The translations under genes were made by a program, and so were the position numbers. This document shows, one piece after another, positions 51,090 to 60,313 of a stretch of DNA of 64,000 bases. The notes beneath the pieces are model-generated. The model searched no databases, had not been told where the DNA came from, and saw only the letters and a list, made by a program, of their open reading frames with translations. Location of the stretch: positions 22,012 through 86,011 of the forward strand of contig NZ_JBAXOI010000017.1 of the NCBI RefSeq assembly GCF_037133355.1. The letters run 5' to 3'. The number at the start of each line of letters is the position of its first letter. The stretch's first letter is position 1. This stretch comes from Novosphingobium sp. (lineage in GTDB: Bacteria; Pseudomonadota; Alphaproteobacteria; Sphingomonadales; Sphingomonadaceae).

Positions 51090-51439
51090 TGGCCAAGCTC
51101 TCGCTCTTCGATCGCCGCCGCCAGCGCGTCCGCACTGCGCTCAAGGCTCGTTCCGGTGGCCGTCCGCGGCTGTCGGTGCACCGTTCCGGCCGTCACATCT
51201 ACGCGCAGATCATCGACGATGCCGCGGGCAAGACGCTCGCTGCCGCTTCGACCCTGGTCAAGGGCCAGAAGGCCATCGGCGCCACGGTTGATGCCGCTGC
51301 GCAGGTGGGCAAGGACATTGCCGAGCGCGCCAAGGCTGCCGGCATCACCACTGTCGTGTTTGATCGCGGCGGCTTCCTGTTCCACGGCCGCGTCAAGGCG
51401 CTGGCCGACGCTGCCCGCGAAAACGGGCTGGAGTTCTAA
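51089..51439 (+). CDS. rplR: 50S ribosomal protein L18
   Basis: [36 protein letters not shown]...[28 protein letters not shown]. Confidence 0.97.
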   Translation: MAKLSLFDRRRQRVRTALKARSGGRPRLSVHRSGRHIYAQIIDDAAGKTLAAASTLVKGQKAIGATVDAAAQVGKDIAERAKAAGITTVVFDRGGFLFHGRVKALADAARENGLEF

Positions 51440-51440
51440 G

Positions 51441-52172
51441 ATGGCTGATGAAACCAACCTGGATGGCGCCCCCGTCGCCGATGTCGCCACCGACGCGCCC
51501 CGCGAAGGGCGTGGTCCTCGCGGCGATCGTGGCGGCGGTCGTGGCCGTGGCGGCAATGACCGTGGCGGCGGCGAGCGTGGTGGCCGTGGTCGCCGTGACG
51601 ATCGTGGTGGCCGTGGCGGCCGCGATGAGGAAGGCGGCGAGGAGCTGATCGAAAAGCTCGTTCACATCAACCGCGTCTCCAAGACCGTGAAGGGCGGCAA
51701 GCGCTTCGGTTTCGCCGCGCTCGTCGTGGTGGGCGATGGCAAGGGCCGTGTCGGCTTCGGCCATGGCAAGGCTCGCGAAGTGCCGGAAGCGATCACCAAG
51801 GCGACCGCTTCTGCCAAGAAGACCATGGTCCGCATCCCGCTCAAGGAAGGCCGCACTCTGCACCACGACGGCAAGGGCCGTTTCGGAGCCGGCAAGGTCA
51901 ACCTCCGCTCGGCTCCTGCCGGTACCGGCATCATCGCCGGTGGCCCGATGCGCGCTGTGTTCGAGAGCCTCGGTGTTGCCGACGTGGTGACCAAGTCGGT
52001 CGGCACCTCGAACCCCTACAACATGATCCGCGCGACGTTCGACGCGCTCACCGATCAGACTTCGCCGAAGTCGGTTGCGCAGCGTCGCGGCAAGAAGATT
52101 GCCGACCTGCTCGGCCGTGGCGGCGCGGCACCGGTTGAGGCTGAGGCCGAAGCCGCGGCTATCGTGGAGTAA
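51441..52172 (+). CDS. rpsE: 30S ribosomal protein S5 with an N-terminal Arg/Gly-rich extension of about 65 aa
   Basis: The core is [50 protein letters not shown]. It is preceded by [44 protein letters not shown]. The ATG at 51441 lies 1 nt after the rplR stop. Confidence 0.95.
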   Translation: MADETNLDGAPVADVATDAPREGRGPRGDRGGGRGRGGNDRGGGERGGRGRRDDRGGRGGRDEEGGEELIEKLVHINRVSKTVKGGKRFGFAALVVVGDGKGRVGFGHGKAREVPEAITKATASAKKTMVRIPLKEGRTLHHDGKGRFGAGKVNLRSAPAGTGIIAGGPMRAVFESLGVADVVTKSVGTSNPYNMIRATFDALTDQTSPKSVAQRRGKKIADLLGRGGAAPVEAEAEAAAIVE

Positions 52173-52177
52173 TCGAG

Positions 52178-52354
52178 ATGGCAAAGATCAAGCTGAAGCA
52201 GATCGGTTCGCCGATCCGTCGCCCGGAAAGCCAGAAGCAGATCCTCATCGGTCTGGGTCTGGGCAAGATGCACCGCGTGGTCGAGGTGGAAGACACCGCC
52301 GAAGTCCGCGGCGCGCTCGCCAAGCTTCCGCACATGGTGGCCGTGGTCGACTGA
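52178..52354 (+). CDS. rpmD: 50S ribosomal protein L30 (58 aa; below the ORF-track length cutoff)
   Basis: Translated by hand: [58 protein letters not shown], stop TGA at 52352-52354. Confidence 0.93.
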   Translation: MAKIKLKQIGSPIRRPESQKQILIGLGLGKMHRVVEVEDTAEVRGALAKLPHMVAVVD

Positions 52355-52381
52355 CTGCGCGCTTCCGGTGCGAACCAAAAG

Positions 52382-52415
52382 GGCCTCGGCAGCAATGCCG
52401 GGGCCTTTCTGGTTT
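52382..52415 (+). terminator. Intrinsic terminator directly after rpmD
   Basis: GGCCTCGGC-agcaat-GCCGGGGCC (one G-U pair) followed by TTTCTGGTTT. Confidence 0.7.
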
Positions 52416-52443
52416 GGCGGCCGGCAGCTCGCCCCGATTGCCA

Positions 52444-53370
52444 ATGACGATGCCAGTTGTAGTGTCGGCCCCTGCGTGTGGGTTCGTTGCAGGGGTACTC
52501 GCGGTGGCAAAATCTGGAATGCATTCGATCGCTGGGCTTGGTCTGGCCGGAGCCATGGTCCTAATGCTGGCGGGCGCCGCACCGCCGCCCGAGGCCGATG
52601 ATATTGCCGCCATCACCAGAGGCGAGGATGCCTTCGGCGGCGCGTTCGTGAGCGGAGATGCCGCGGCGCTCGACCGCCTGCTCGATGACGGTTTCGTCGG
52701 CGCCCAGCCGGATGGCACGCTCTATAACAAGCAGGAGGCCCTGACCTGGGCGCGCACCGGGCCAAACAACACCTTCGACCATGTCGATGATCTGCGAGTG
52801 CGCTTCTTCGGCGATACCGCCATCGCGCAGGGGCACGAAAGCGAGCGTGGCCCCGCGCCCGAATTGAAGCCGCTGCGCCGGGTGTTCACCGACACTTGGG
52901 TGAAGCGAAACGGGATCTGGCGGATTGCCGCAGCATCGGACCTCGATCCCGGGGCGGCGACGGCATCCGCCTTTGCCGCCGATGCCGATACCATCCGCGC
53001 CCTGCGCGCCCGCAGCAACGCGGCCATACGCGCGCACGACATGGCGGGTTTCCTGCCCGTGTTCGCCGATGATGCGGTCTTCGTCTGGAGCAATGGCACC
53101 TCGTCGGTGGGCAAGGCAGGGCTGCAGACCTTCTTCGCGCGTGATTTTGCCGATCCCGCGTTCGGCACCTACATCCGCACCCCGGCGCGCGTCAGCGTCT
53201 CCGAAACCGGGCAGCGGGCGGTGGAGCACGGTACATGGACCGCGCTCAAGCGCGACACCCGCTATGGCGGCGACTATCTCGCGCACTGGTTCAAGGCCCC
53301 GACGGGCTGGCAGATCCGCGGGGAGGTCTATGTGAAGCTGTACTGCACCGGCCCCTTGTGCACGCCTTGA
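52444..53370 (+). CDS. Secreted protein with two tandem NTF2-like (SnoaL/DUF4440-type) domains
   Basis: Two repeats of about 130 aa: ITRGEDAFGGAFVSGDAAALDRLLDDGFVG...DTWVKRNGIWRIAA and IRALRARSNAAIRAHDMAGFLPVFADDAVFVWSNG...YLAHWFKAPTGWQIRGE. A hydrophobic leader is present. Alternative start at ATG 52519. Confidence 0.6.
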   Translation: MTMPVVVSAPACGFVAGVLAVAKSGMHSIAGLGLAGAMVLMLAGAAPPPEADDIAAITRGEDAFGGAFVSGDAAALDRLLDDGFVGAQPDGTLYNKQEALTWARTGPNNTFDHVDDLRVRFFGDTAIAQGHESERGPAPELKPLRRVFTDTWVKRNGIWRIAAASDLDPGAATASAFAADADTIRALRARSNAAIRAHDMAGFLPVFADDAVFVWSNGTSSVGKAGLQTFFARDFADPAFGTYIRTPARVSVSETGQRAVEHGTWTALKRDTRYGGDYLAHWFKAPTGWQIRGEVYVKLYCTGPLCTP

Positions 53371-53486
53371 GGATCGCTGCTGGCCGCAAGCGCATCGGAG
53401 CGTGCACGCGCTGAGGTGGCGATGGGATCGCCCGAGGCAGTGCCCAACGGTCCGGCGGCGGCGCTGATCGGCGGGAAGCGGCCGGC

Positions 53487-55052
53487 TCAGTCGGGATCGA
53501 CGATGCGGTAGCGCAGCTTGGCCTCGCCATTGGCGGGCACGGTCGCGTTCCAGGTGGGGCGGCCGAACTTGCGGGTGAGGCGCACCGAGGGGCGCTCGAG
53601 TTTCTGCCCGTCGTTGATCATGATCGTGCCCTCAAAGCTGATCGGCCAGGGGTTGGCATTGGTCACGGTGGCCTCGAGATCGTCGGCCTTCTCGCCGTTC
53701 TTCAGCGTCTCGACTTTGATGTTCACCCCCGGCGAGAGGCCGAGCCGCATATCGACGTCCTCATTCACGGCATTGTCGGCCATGCCGCCTTCGCCGACCA
53801 GCAGCATCTCGCTGCCATGCGGCTCGAACACGGCGACCGGGCCGCCCGGCAGCGCGACGCCGAGCCCGTCTTCCTTGCGGTTGCGCGTGCGCAGCCGGAT
53901 CTGGGGATTGCCCTCGGTGCCGAGCCAGAGATTGGCGGTGTGGACGGTCTTGAACTTCACGCCCCTCAGATCATGCATCGCCACCTGCTTCTGTGCGTTG
54001 GATGCAACGGTGGTCGGCATGGGCACGCGGTAGAGCTTGAGGTCGCCGAGGGCTTCCTCTGCGACCGTCACTGCGAGGGGCGCGGCCTGCATCGCGCTGT
54101 CCATGCGCTTTGCGGTGACGATGATCTCGTCCAGAGCCGGAGCGGACATGGCCATCGGCGGAGGGGCAGGGGGCATGAAGCCCGCCATCATGTCGTTCCG
54201 CCGCCCGAGATAACACTGCAGCACGAGATCGCCGTCCTGCGCAGCCTGCGCCTCGCGCGCATCCTCCCGGTCCAGCTTACCCCCCACAACCGCCGTCGCC
54301 GCATCGGTGAAGCTCGTCGGATCGCTGCTGGCGAGCGTCACCCACGCCAGCATGTCCGCCCTGCCGGTCTCTGGGTTGAGCCGGACGACATAGTTGGTCT
54401 GCCAGTCGAAGCCCCAGGCGAGATAGGACAGCGAAACCGCCGCGCGCCGCGCTTCCTTGCTTTCCGTCCGCACCGAAAGCGTGGGCTTGGCCGAAAGCCC
54501 CTCGGGCATTTCGGTATAGACCAACGCATCCGAAATCCCGCGCCCGCAATCGGCGACTTCAAAGCCGTTCTTCGTCTGGAGGATCGCCGCGCCGTCCGGG
54601 CCGGAGCGGATCACCGCGCGCTCCTCGGTTACCTTGCCTTTGCCGTCCTTGCCGCTGTGGCGGCGCAGGATCACCGGGCGGCCGAAAGCGCGGGCATAGA
54701 GATTGCGCGCCGAAAGCAGATCGGCATCGAGGTTCTTCTCACGCACCCCGGATGGAAAGCCCGTGACCAGCGCGGATTCGGGGAGGATGCCGCCCGCCAC
54801 GCCTTCAAAGCGGATCGTCGCTGCGCCGGCCGGGATATCCACCGTCCGCGTCTCGGTGATCAGCGCGTAGCCTTCGAGCCAGCCCAGATCCATTGCGTCA
54901 TTGGGCGAGCGGTTCGGCGCACGGTAGATCGTCACCGCCACCGTATCGGGCTTGGCCGAAAGCACCGTGCGCGCTTCTTCGGCGGCAGCGGGCAGGGACA
55001 GGCCCAGCGGCAGCGCCGCGACCGAAGCGGCCAGCAGGGAAAGGGCGCGCAC
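53487..55052 (-). CDS. DUF4139-family (MuiA-like) secreted protein, paralog A
   Basis: VAVTIYRAPN...GYALITETRTVDIPAGAATIRFEGVAGGILPESALV (DUF4140-like N-terminus) and SLSYLAWGFDWQTNYVVRLNPETGRADMLAWVTLASS (DUF4139 core). Proposed GTG start at 55052 gives the signal peptide RALSLLAASVAALPLGLSLPAAA. Confidence 0.7.
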   Translation of the reverse strand: MRALSLLAASVAALPLGLSLPAAAEEARTVLSAKPDTVAVTIYRAPNRSPNDAMDLGWLEGYALITETRTVDIPAGAATIRFEGVAGGILPESALVTGFPSGVREKNLDADLLSARNLYARAFGRPVILRRHSGKDGKGKVTEERAVIRSGPDGAAILQTKNGFEVADCGRGISDALVYTEMPEGLSAKPTLSVRTESKEARRAAVSLSYLAWGFDWQTNYVVRLNPETGRADMLAWVTLASSDPTSFTDAATAVVGGKLDREDAREAQAAQDGDLVLQCYLGRRNDMMAGFMPPAPPPMAMSAPALDEIIVTAKRMDSAMQAAPLAVTVAEEALGDLKLYRVPMPTTVASNAQKQVAMHDLRGVKFKTVHTANLWLGTEGNPQIRLRTRNRKEDGLGVALPGGPVAVFEPHGSEMLLVGEGGMADNAVNEDVDMRLGLSPGVNIKVETLKNGEKADDLEATVTNANPWPISFEGTIMINDGQKLERPSVRLTRKFGRPTWNATVPANGEAKLRYRIVDPD

Positions 55053-55066
55053 CGCCGGTGTCCCGG

Positions 55067-56581
55067 TCAGTAGCGCGTGTCGAACTGGACGGTGAGGGTG
55101 GTCTCGCCGTTTGCGGGCACATCCAGCGTCCAGCTGCGCTCGTCGAGCGTGCGCTGCGTGCCCTTGACCGTCTCCGAAGGCACCCGCGTGTCGCTCCACC
55201 AGTTGTCGAGCCCGGCCTGCACCACCTCGACCTTGACCGGTGTGGGCCGCGCATTGGTCACCTTGTAGGTCATCGTCGTGCGCCAGTAGACCTTTTGCCG
55301 CTCCACGGTCACGTCATCGGTCTTGCCGTTCACGGTCACGCGCCAGCGCCCCGTTTTCTCCCATTCATCCGAGGTGATGGTCTCGCGCTTCTCGACCGTC
55401 GGCTGCACTTTCACGTCGAACGCCTCGCCGGTGCGAAGCGAGAGCGTCGAGCCCATCGGGGTGTGATCGATCGCCTTCTCGCCGATGAACTGCGGCTGCC
55501 CGCGCGCATCGCGCATGTAGACGCGCACCGTCCCCGCCGGGAGCGCATCGCCCACGCCGCTGCCCTTTGCGGTCGACAGGTTGAGCACGGTGGCAAAGCT
55601 CTGCGCTTCGTCCGAACGGCCGAGCCAGTCGTTGCGGAAGTAGTAGCCCTTGCTCGCGGGGGCGCCCGCCACATCGAGGAAGCTCACCTGCTTCTGCTGT
55701 GCATTGGCGACGGTCGTGCGTCCGGCGATCGGGTAGACATAGTAGTCGCCCAACCGCTCCCGGTCGGCGCTCTGGGTACCCGGCTTGAAGGCGATCTGCG
55801 GGGCAACACGGCCCCGGTTCCAGCCGCCGCGGTTGCCGCCGTTGTCGTCCCCGGGCTGCCCCGCCACGAGCAGCACGCGCGCATTGGGGAAGCTCGTGCC
55901 GGTGTTGTTCGTCAGCGTGATCCAGCCCTGCAGGTCCATCTTGCCCGCCGCCTCGTCGAACAGCGCGACATAGTCCGCCTTCCAGCCGAAGCCTGTCGAG
56001 AGATAGCTCAGCGTGACCGGGCGAGGGCCGGGCGTTGCGGCATTTAGGGTGATCGAAAGCGTCGGCCGCGCGCGCAGGTTTGGCGGCAGGCCGGGAAACA
56101 CGATGCGCGCGCCCATCTGTTCGAGCACCTCGATCCGCTCGCCGATCCGCACGATCGTCCCGCCGTTGTTGGCGAGCACCAGCGCCTGCTCGCGCGTTTC
56201 CGCACCGGTCGCGGGATTGGTTCGCACCACAGTCACCGTCTGGCCCACGGCCTTGTCGAGCAGCTTGTCGGGCGAGAGCAGGTCGTAGTCGAAGTTCTGC
56301 TCGACGATCCCGGCGCCTTCCCCCGAGAGCGTCACCGTTTCGGGCCGGATCGCGGCGGAAACGTCGGGAAACTCCTGCCGCGTACGGCCCTTGGGCAGAG
56401 TCAGCTGGCGCATGTCCTGCACCAGCGCCAGATTGTTGTTGTAGATGGTGAGCGAGACATCGCCCTGCGCCGAACCGGAAGGAGCGGGGGACGGCGCAGG
56501 CGCCGGCTGTGCGGCCAGCGCGGCGGGCAGGGCCGCGCCGATGCACAGCATCGCGATACGGGCATGGCTGGTCTGGATCAT
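55067..56581 (-). CDS. DUF4139-family (MuiA-like) secreted protein, paralog B
   Basis: VSLTIYNNNLALVQDMRQLTLPKGRTRQEFPDVSAAIRPETVTL and LSYLSTGFGWKADYVALFDEAAGKMDLQGWITLTNNTGTSFPNARVLLVAG. ATG at 56581 with a GGAGAGGAA RBS and the signal peptide IAMLCIGAALPAALAAQ. Confidence 0.75.
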   Translation of the reverse strand: MIQTSHARIAMLCIGAALPAALAAQPAPAPSPAPSGSAQGDVSLTIYNNNLALVQDMRQLTLPKGRTRQEFPDVSAAIRPETVTLSGEGAGIVEQNFDYDLLSPDKLLDKAVGQTVTVVRTNPATGAETREQALVLANNGGTIVRIGERIEVLEQMGARIVFPGLPPNLRARPTLSITLNAATPGPRPVTLSYLSTGFGWKADYVALFDEAAGKMDLQGWITLTNNTGTSFPNARVLLVAGQPGDDNGGNRGGWNRGRVAPQIAFKPGTQSADRERLGDYYVYPIAGRTTVANAQQKQVSFLDVAGAPASKGYYFRNDWLGRSDEAQSFATVLNLSTAKGSGVGDALPAGTVRVYMRDARGQPQFIGEKAIDHTPMGSTLSLRTGEAFDVKVQPTVEKRETITSDEWEKTGRWRVTVNGKTDDVTVERQKVYWRTTMTYKVTNARPTPVKVEVVQAGLDNWWSDTRVPSETVKGTQRTLDERSWTLDVPANGETTLTVQFDTRY

Positions 56582-56857
56582 CGGTTCCTCTCCCCTCACT
56601 GGGCCCGTTGCCGGATAGCCTGAAGGTCTATCCGAGGTCCCAGGTCTTGGAAAGCGGATGCTGGAGCCGCCCCAAGGCGAGCCATACTCCACGATCCGTC
56701 CTTGCCCGTTCCTGAACCGGCAGACCGGCGCAACCGGGTGGTTCCGGGCGTCGATTGGGGCGCAATTCCTAGAACAAGTAGCAGGGTGTATTCCCGCGCG
56801 GCGCGGCCTACGCCGGGGCCGGAACAAGCGCTGAGCAAGGCTGAAGCCGATGGGGTG

Positions 56858-58537
56858 ATGCATGCGCTTGATGACGGGAGACAGGCAGTGCCTCAGGGGA
56901 ATGCGTGGGATCGCGAAGCGGATGTCGTCGTGCTCGGCTCAGGCGGCGCGGCGCTTGCTGCGGCTGCTTCGGCCCACGATCACGGCGCGCGTGACGTGCT
57001 GATCATCGAGCGCAGCGGCATGGTTGGCGGCACCACGGCGATGTCGGGCGGGATGCTGTGGATCCCGGGCAACCATCATCAGCTCGCCGCCGGTGTGACC
57101 GAGGCTGACGAGGACGTTGTCGCCTATCTTGATGCGCTTGCCCCCGGCCAGCTCGATCCCGATACGCTCTGGGCCTTCATGGAGGGCGGGCGCGAAATGG
57201 TCCGCTATCTCGAGGAGAAGACACCGGTACGGCTTCACGCCTTCACTGATTTTCCCGATTATCAGCCCTATGCGCCGGGCGCCAAGCCTGATGGGGGGCG
57301 CAGTCTCGACAATGCCGCGTTCTCGTTCGAGCGGCTTGGCAAGTGGGCCGCGCGGGTCAACCCCAGCAAGATGGCCTATCCGCTGCGCGCCAGCCTCAAG
57401 GAAGCGGTCGAGGGTTCGCTGGGCGAGGCCGAACTCGCCGAGCGCGAGCGCGGCGACTACCGCGCGCTCGGTCAGGCGCTGGTCGGCGCGCTGTTCTGCG
57501 CGGTGGTCGAGCGGGGCATCCCGGTCGCGTTCGAAACCCGCGCCCGCAAGCTCGTCAAGGATGGCGACCGCATCATCGGCGTGGTGGCCGAGGAAGCCGA
57601 CGGGCGGGAAATCCGCGTCCGCGCGCGGCGCGGTGTGGTGATCGCGACCGGCGGGTTCGAATGGAACCCGGCGCTGGTCAAGGCGTTCCTGCGCGGGCCG
57701 ATGACGGGCCCGGTCAGCGTGCCGGAAAACGAGGGCGACGGCCTCCTCATGGCGATCGAGGCGGGCGCGCAGCTCGGCAACATGCAGAACGCATTCTGGA
57801 TGCAGAGCGCGCTCGAGATGAAGCCGCAGCGCGGCGCGCGGCCGAACTACATGCTCGGTTCGGACGAGCGAGCGCGCCCCGGTGCGATCCTCGTCAACCG
57901 GGCGGGCAAGCGCTTCGTCAACGAGGCGGTCAACTACAACGCGCTGGGCAAGGCGATCATTGCCTTCGACGCCGCGACCCACAGCTATCCCAACGTGCCC
58001 TACTGGCTGATCATCGACCAGCGCTACAAGGACAAGTACCCCACGTTCAACTCGCCGCCCGGCTCGCCGATCCCCTCCTACATGATGCAGGCCGAAACGC
58101 TCGAAGGCCTTGCCGAAATCGCGGGCATCGATCCGGCGGGCCTTTCAGCCACCGTCGCGCGCTTCAACACGATGGTCCGCGCCGGCCACGACGATGATTT
58201 CCAGCGCGGCGACAACACATACGACAACTTCTACATGTGGGGCGATCCTGCGTTCGATCCGCCCTACCGCACGCTGGGCCTGATCGATCAGGGGCCGTTC
58301 TACGCGGTGCAGATGGAATCGGGCGTGCTGGGCACCTGCGGCGGGCCCAAGACCAATGCGGACGCGCAAGTGGTCGATTGGGACGGCAACCCCATCCCGG
58401 GGCTCTATGCGGCGGGCAATGCCATGGCGGCGGTGCTGGGCGAGGCCTATGGCGGCGCGGGCGGGACGCTGGGGCCGGGGCTCACGTTCGGCTATCTTGC
58501 GGGCAAGCACCTCGGTTCGCACCTGCCCAACGCCTGA
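56858..58537 (+). CDS. FAD-dependent oxidoreductase (FAD_binding_2 family, 3-ketosteroid dehydrogenase/fumarate reductase flavoprotein-like)
   Basis: Dinucleotide-binding motif DVVVLGSGGAALAAAASA...IIERSGMVGGTTAMSGG. C-terminal LYAAGNAMAAVLGEAYGGAGGTLGPGLTFGYLAGKH. Start taken at ATG 56858. Confidence 0.8.
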   Translation: MHALDDGRQAVPQGNAWDREADVVVLGSGGAALAAAASAHDHGARDVLIIERSGMVGGTTAMSGGMLWIPGNHHQLAAGVTEADEDVVAYLDALAPGQLDPDTLWAFMEGGREMVRYLEEKTPVRLHAFTDFPDYQPYAPGAKPDGGRSLDNAAFSFERLGKWAARVNPSKMAYPLRASLKEAVEGSLGEAELAERERGDYRALGQALVGALFCAVVERGIPVAFETRARKLVKDGDRIIGVVAEEADGREIRVRARRGVVIATGGFEWNPALVKAFLRGPMTGPVSVPENEGDGLLMAIEAGAQLGNMQNAFWMQSALEMKPQRGARPNYMLGSDERARPGAILVNRAGKRFVNEAVNYNALGKAIIAFDAATHSYPNVPYWLIIDQRYKDKYPTFNSPPGSPIPSYMMQAETLEGLAEIAGIDPAGLSATVARFNTMVRAGHDDDFQRGDNTYDNFYMWGDPAFDPPYRTLGLIDQGPFYAVQMESGVLGTCGGPKTNADAQVVDWDGNPIPGLYAAGNAMAAVLGEAYGGAGGTLGPGLTFGYLAGKHLGSHLPNA

Positions 58538-58550
58538 GCGGCGCGAGGGG

Positions 58551-59414
58551 TCAGCGGCCGCCTTTCTCCGCGATCCGCCACTGCCCGTCGCGGAGCCGGT
58601 AGATGTGTGGGGAGATGCAGCGCTCCTGCTGGGCGCAGTCCTTGCGAACTGTGTCGGCAAAGCCTTCGAGCGCCAGGCCATCGGGGAGGGCCGCCACGAA
58701 GACGAAGCGGTCCGACACCACGGTGACGAACAGGTCTGGCCCGACTACCGCTGCGATCTTCTCGAAGACGTCGCGCTGGGTCAGCAGACTGCCGAGGTAG
58801 TCGTAGTCGGCAAAGGCTGTCGGCTGCTTCAGCAACGCGTCCGGCGCGGGCAGGGGAGGCAGCTTCGCCCGGGTCTGGCGGTCGGCAATGTCCCAGGCCT
58901 CCGCCACCGAAAGCCCCAGCTTTGTCAGCGTCTCGGGGTTGGCAATTGCCGTCGTCTCCGGGCTGTCCACCGCAAGGATGGCATAGAGATCATCGCCGAT
59001 CTGCCTGATGGCTGCTGCGTAGGGTTTGTCCGCCGTCGCGACCGAGCGCACGTAATCCACATAGACCTGATCTCGCACGATCAGCCGCAGATCCTCTCGC
59101 CGCGCTGGCGGAGGCGTTTCCGTCAAGGCCCTGACGAAGCGAGCCTTGGCCTCATCACATTCCTTGGCAGATGCATTCTGGCAATAGGACCAGATGCGGC
59201 CGACATTGATGAACATGTTCTTGTCCGGCCCGCCGCGATCGACGTTCAATTGCTGCCAGTCGTCCCCTGAGGCTTCGACCTTGCTGCCGGTGGCCTTGGC
59301 GATGCGCTGGATCATTTCGCGCTGGAACGCGTTCTGGCTTGGCGCTGCAAGGCTGGCGACCGGGGTTAGGCAGCAGCCGACGAGCGTGGCGATCAATAAG
59401 GAGCTACGGCGCAT
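58551..59414 (-). CDS. Hypothetical periplasmic protein (287 aa)
   Basis: Signal peptide MRRSSLLIATLVGCCLTPVASLAAP. No family was recognised. The upstream part of the listed ORF is Arg-rich and unlikely to be translated. Confidence 0.55.
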   Translation of the reverse strand: MRRSSLLIATLVGCCLTPVASLAAPSQNAFQREMIQRIAKATGSKVEASGDDWQQLNVDRGGPDKNMFINVGRIWSYCQNASAKECDEAKARFVRALTETPPPARREDLRLIVRDQVYVDYVRSVATADKPYAAAIRQIGDDLYAILAVDSPETTAIANPETLTKLGLSVAEAWDIADRQTRAKLPPLPAPDALLKQPTAFADYDYLGSLLTQRDVFEKIAAVVGPDLFVTVVSDRFVFVAALPDGLALEGFADTVRKDCAQQERCISPHIYRLRDGQWRIAEKGGR

Positions 59415-59527
59415 GGGCGCTCTCCGGTTCGGTCTGATATCCAGCCTGCGACCAGCGCAGCAGCGGCGCAAGACCCGTGCGGTCCGGAATGGAGGGGTTG
59501 CCCTCTGGTTCCGAGGTCGATCCGGGC

Positions 59528-59556
59528 GTGACATTCGCCACCGCTTCGCCTAAGGG
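59528..59556 (+). promoter_or_regulatory. Candidate promoter for rplO (GTGACA-N17-TAAGGG)
   Basis: cGTGACAttcgccaccgcttcgccTAAGGGcc lies 47 nt upstream of the rplO ATG. It has the same spacing and the same downstream hexamer as the rpsL candidate promoter. Confidence 0.4.
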
Positions 59557-59602
59557 CCCGCCTTCCATCAGCGCGACTCAAAGCGAAAGCGAGTGCTACA
59601 CC

Positions 59603-60136
59603 ATGACCAAGCTTAACGAACTCTCCGACAATTATGGCGCCCGCAAGGGCCGCATGCGCGTGGGCCGCGGCATCGGCTCGGGCAAGGGCAAGACCGCCGG
59701 ACGCGGCCAGAAGGGCGCAAAGGCGCGCTCGGGCGTGTCGGTCAACGGGTTCGAAGGCGGCCAGATGCCGCTTCACATGCGCATCCCGAAGCGCGGCTTC
59801 AACAACATCTTCGCCAAGGACTTCGCTGAAGTGAACCTCGGCATGATCCAAAAGGCGATCGATTCGGGCAAGCTTGCCACCGACGGCGTGGTTGACCATG
59901 CCGCGCTCAAGGCCGCCGGCCTTGCTCGCGGCGGCAAGGACGGCGTGCGCCTCCTCGCCAAGGGTGAACTCACCACCAAGGTCAGCTTCGCGGTCGAAGG
60001 CGTCAGCAAGGGCGCCCGTGCGGCGGTCGAGGCGCTCGGCGGCTCGGTCACCCTGCCCGAGGCACAGCCCAGCGAGCACGAGAAGAAGACCGGCCGCCGC
60101 GAGGCCAACAAGGCCGCGGCCAAGGCAGCGAAGTAA
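59603..60136 (+). CDS. rplO: 50S ribosomal protein L15
   Basis: [44 protein letters not shown]... Confidence 0.97.
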   Translation: MTKLNELSDNYGARKGRMRVGRGIGSGKGKTAGRGQKGAKARSGVSVNGFEGGQMPLHMRIPKRGFNNIFAKDFAEVNLGMIQKAIDSGKLATDGVVDHAALKAAGLARGGKDGVRLLAKGELTTKVSFAVEGVSKGARAAVEALGGSVTLPEAQPSEHEKKTGRREANKAAAKAAK

Positions 60137-60146
60137 GGCAAAAGCG

Positions 60147-60184
60147 GGCGGGGGCAGGGCTAGCGCCGCCCCCGCCGGTTTTTT
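60147..60184 (+). terminator. Intrinsic terminator between rplO and secY
   Basis: GGCGGGGGC-(12-nt loop)-GCCCCCGCC followed by GGTTTTTTCG. Confidence 0.8.
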
Positions 60185-60220
60185 CGTCTCCCATCATGCC
60201 GTGAAATGGCTGGCGGGGGG

Positions 60221-60248
60221 TTCGACATTGCCGAACCCTCCCTATATG
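60221..60248 (+). promoter_or_regulatory. Weak candidate promoter for secY-adk (TTCGAC-N16-TATATG)
   Basis: Hexamers read directly from the 129-nt rplO-secY spacer. The match to consensus is poor. Confidence 0.25.
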
Positions 60249-60313
60249 GGCTAGCCAAGAAGGCCATGCGGAACTTTCGCAGTCGGCCCAGCAGCAAGGC
60301 TTGAAACCCCACA

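Noticed and set aside
52355-59602. The insertion in the spc operon as a recognisable mobile element (IS, integron, genomic island).
   Set aside because: No transposase, integrase or recombinase ORF, no tRNA or attachment-like site, and no terminal inverted or direct repeats could be found at the borders by eye. It is reported as a synteny break only.
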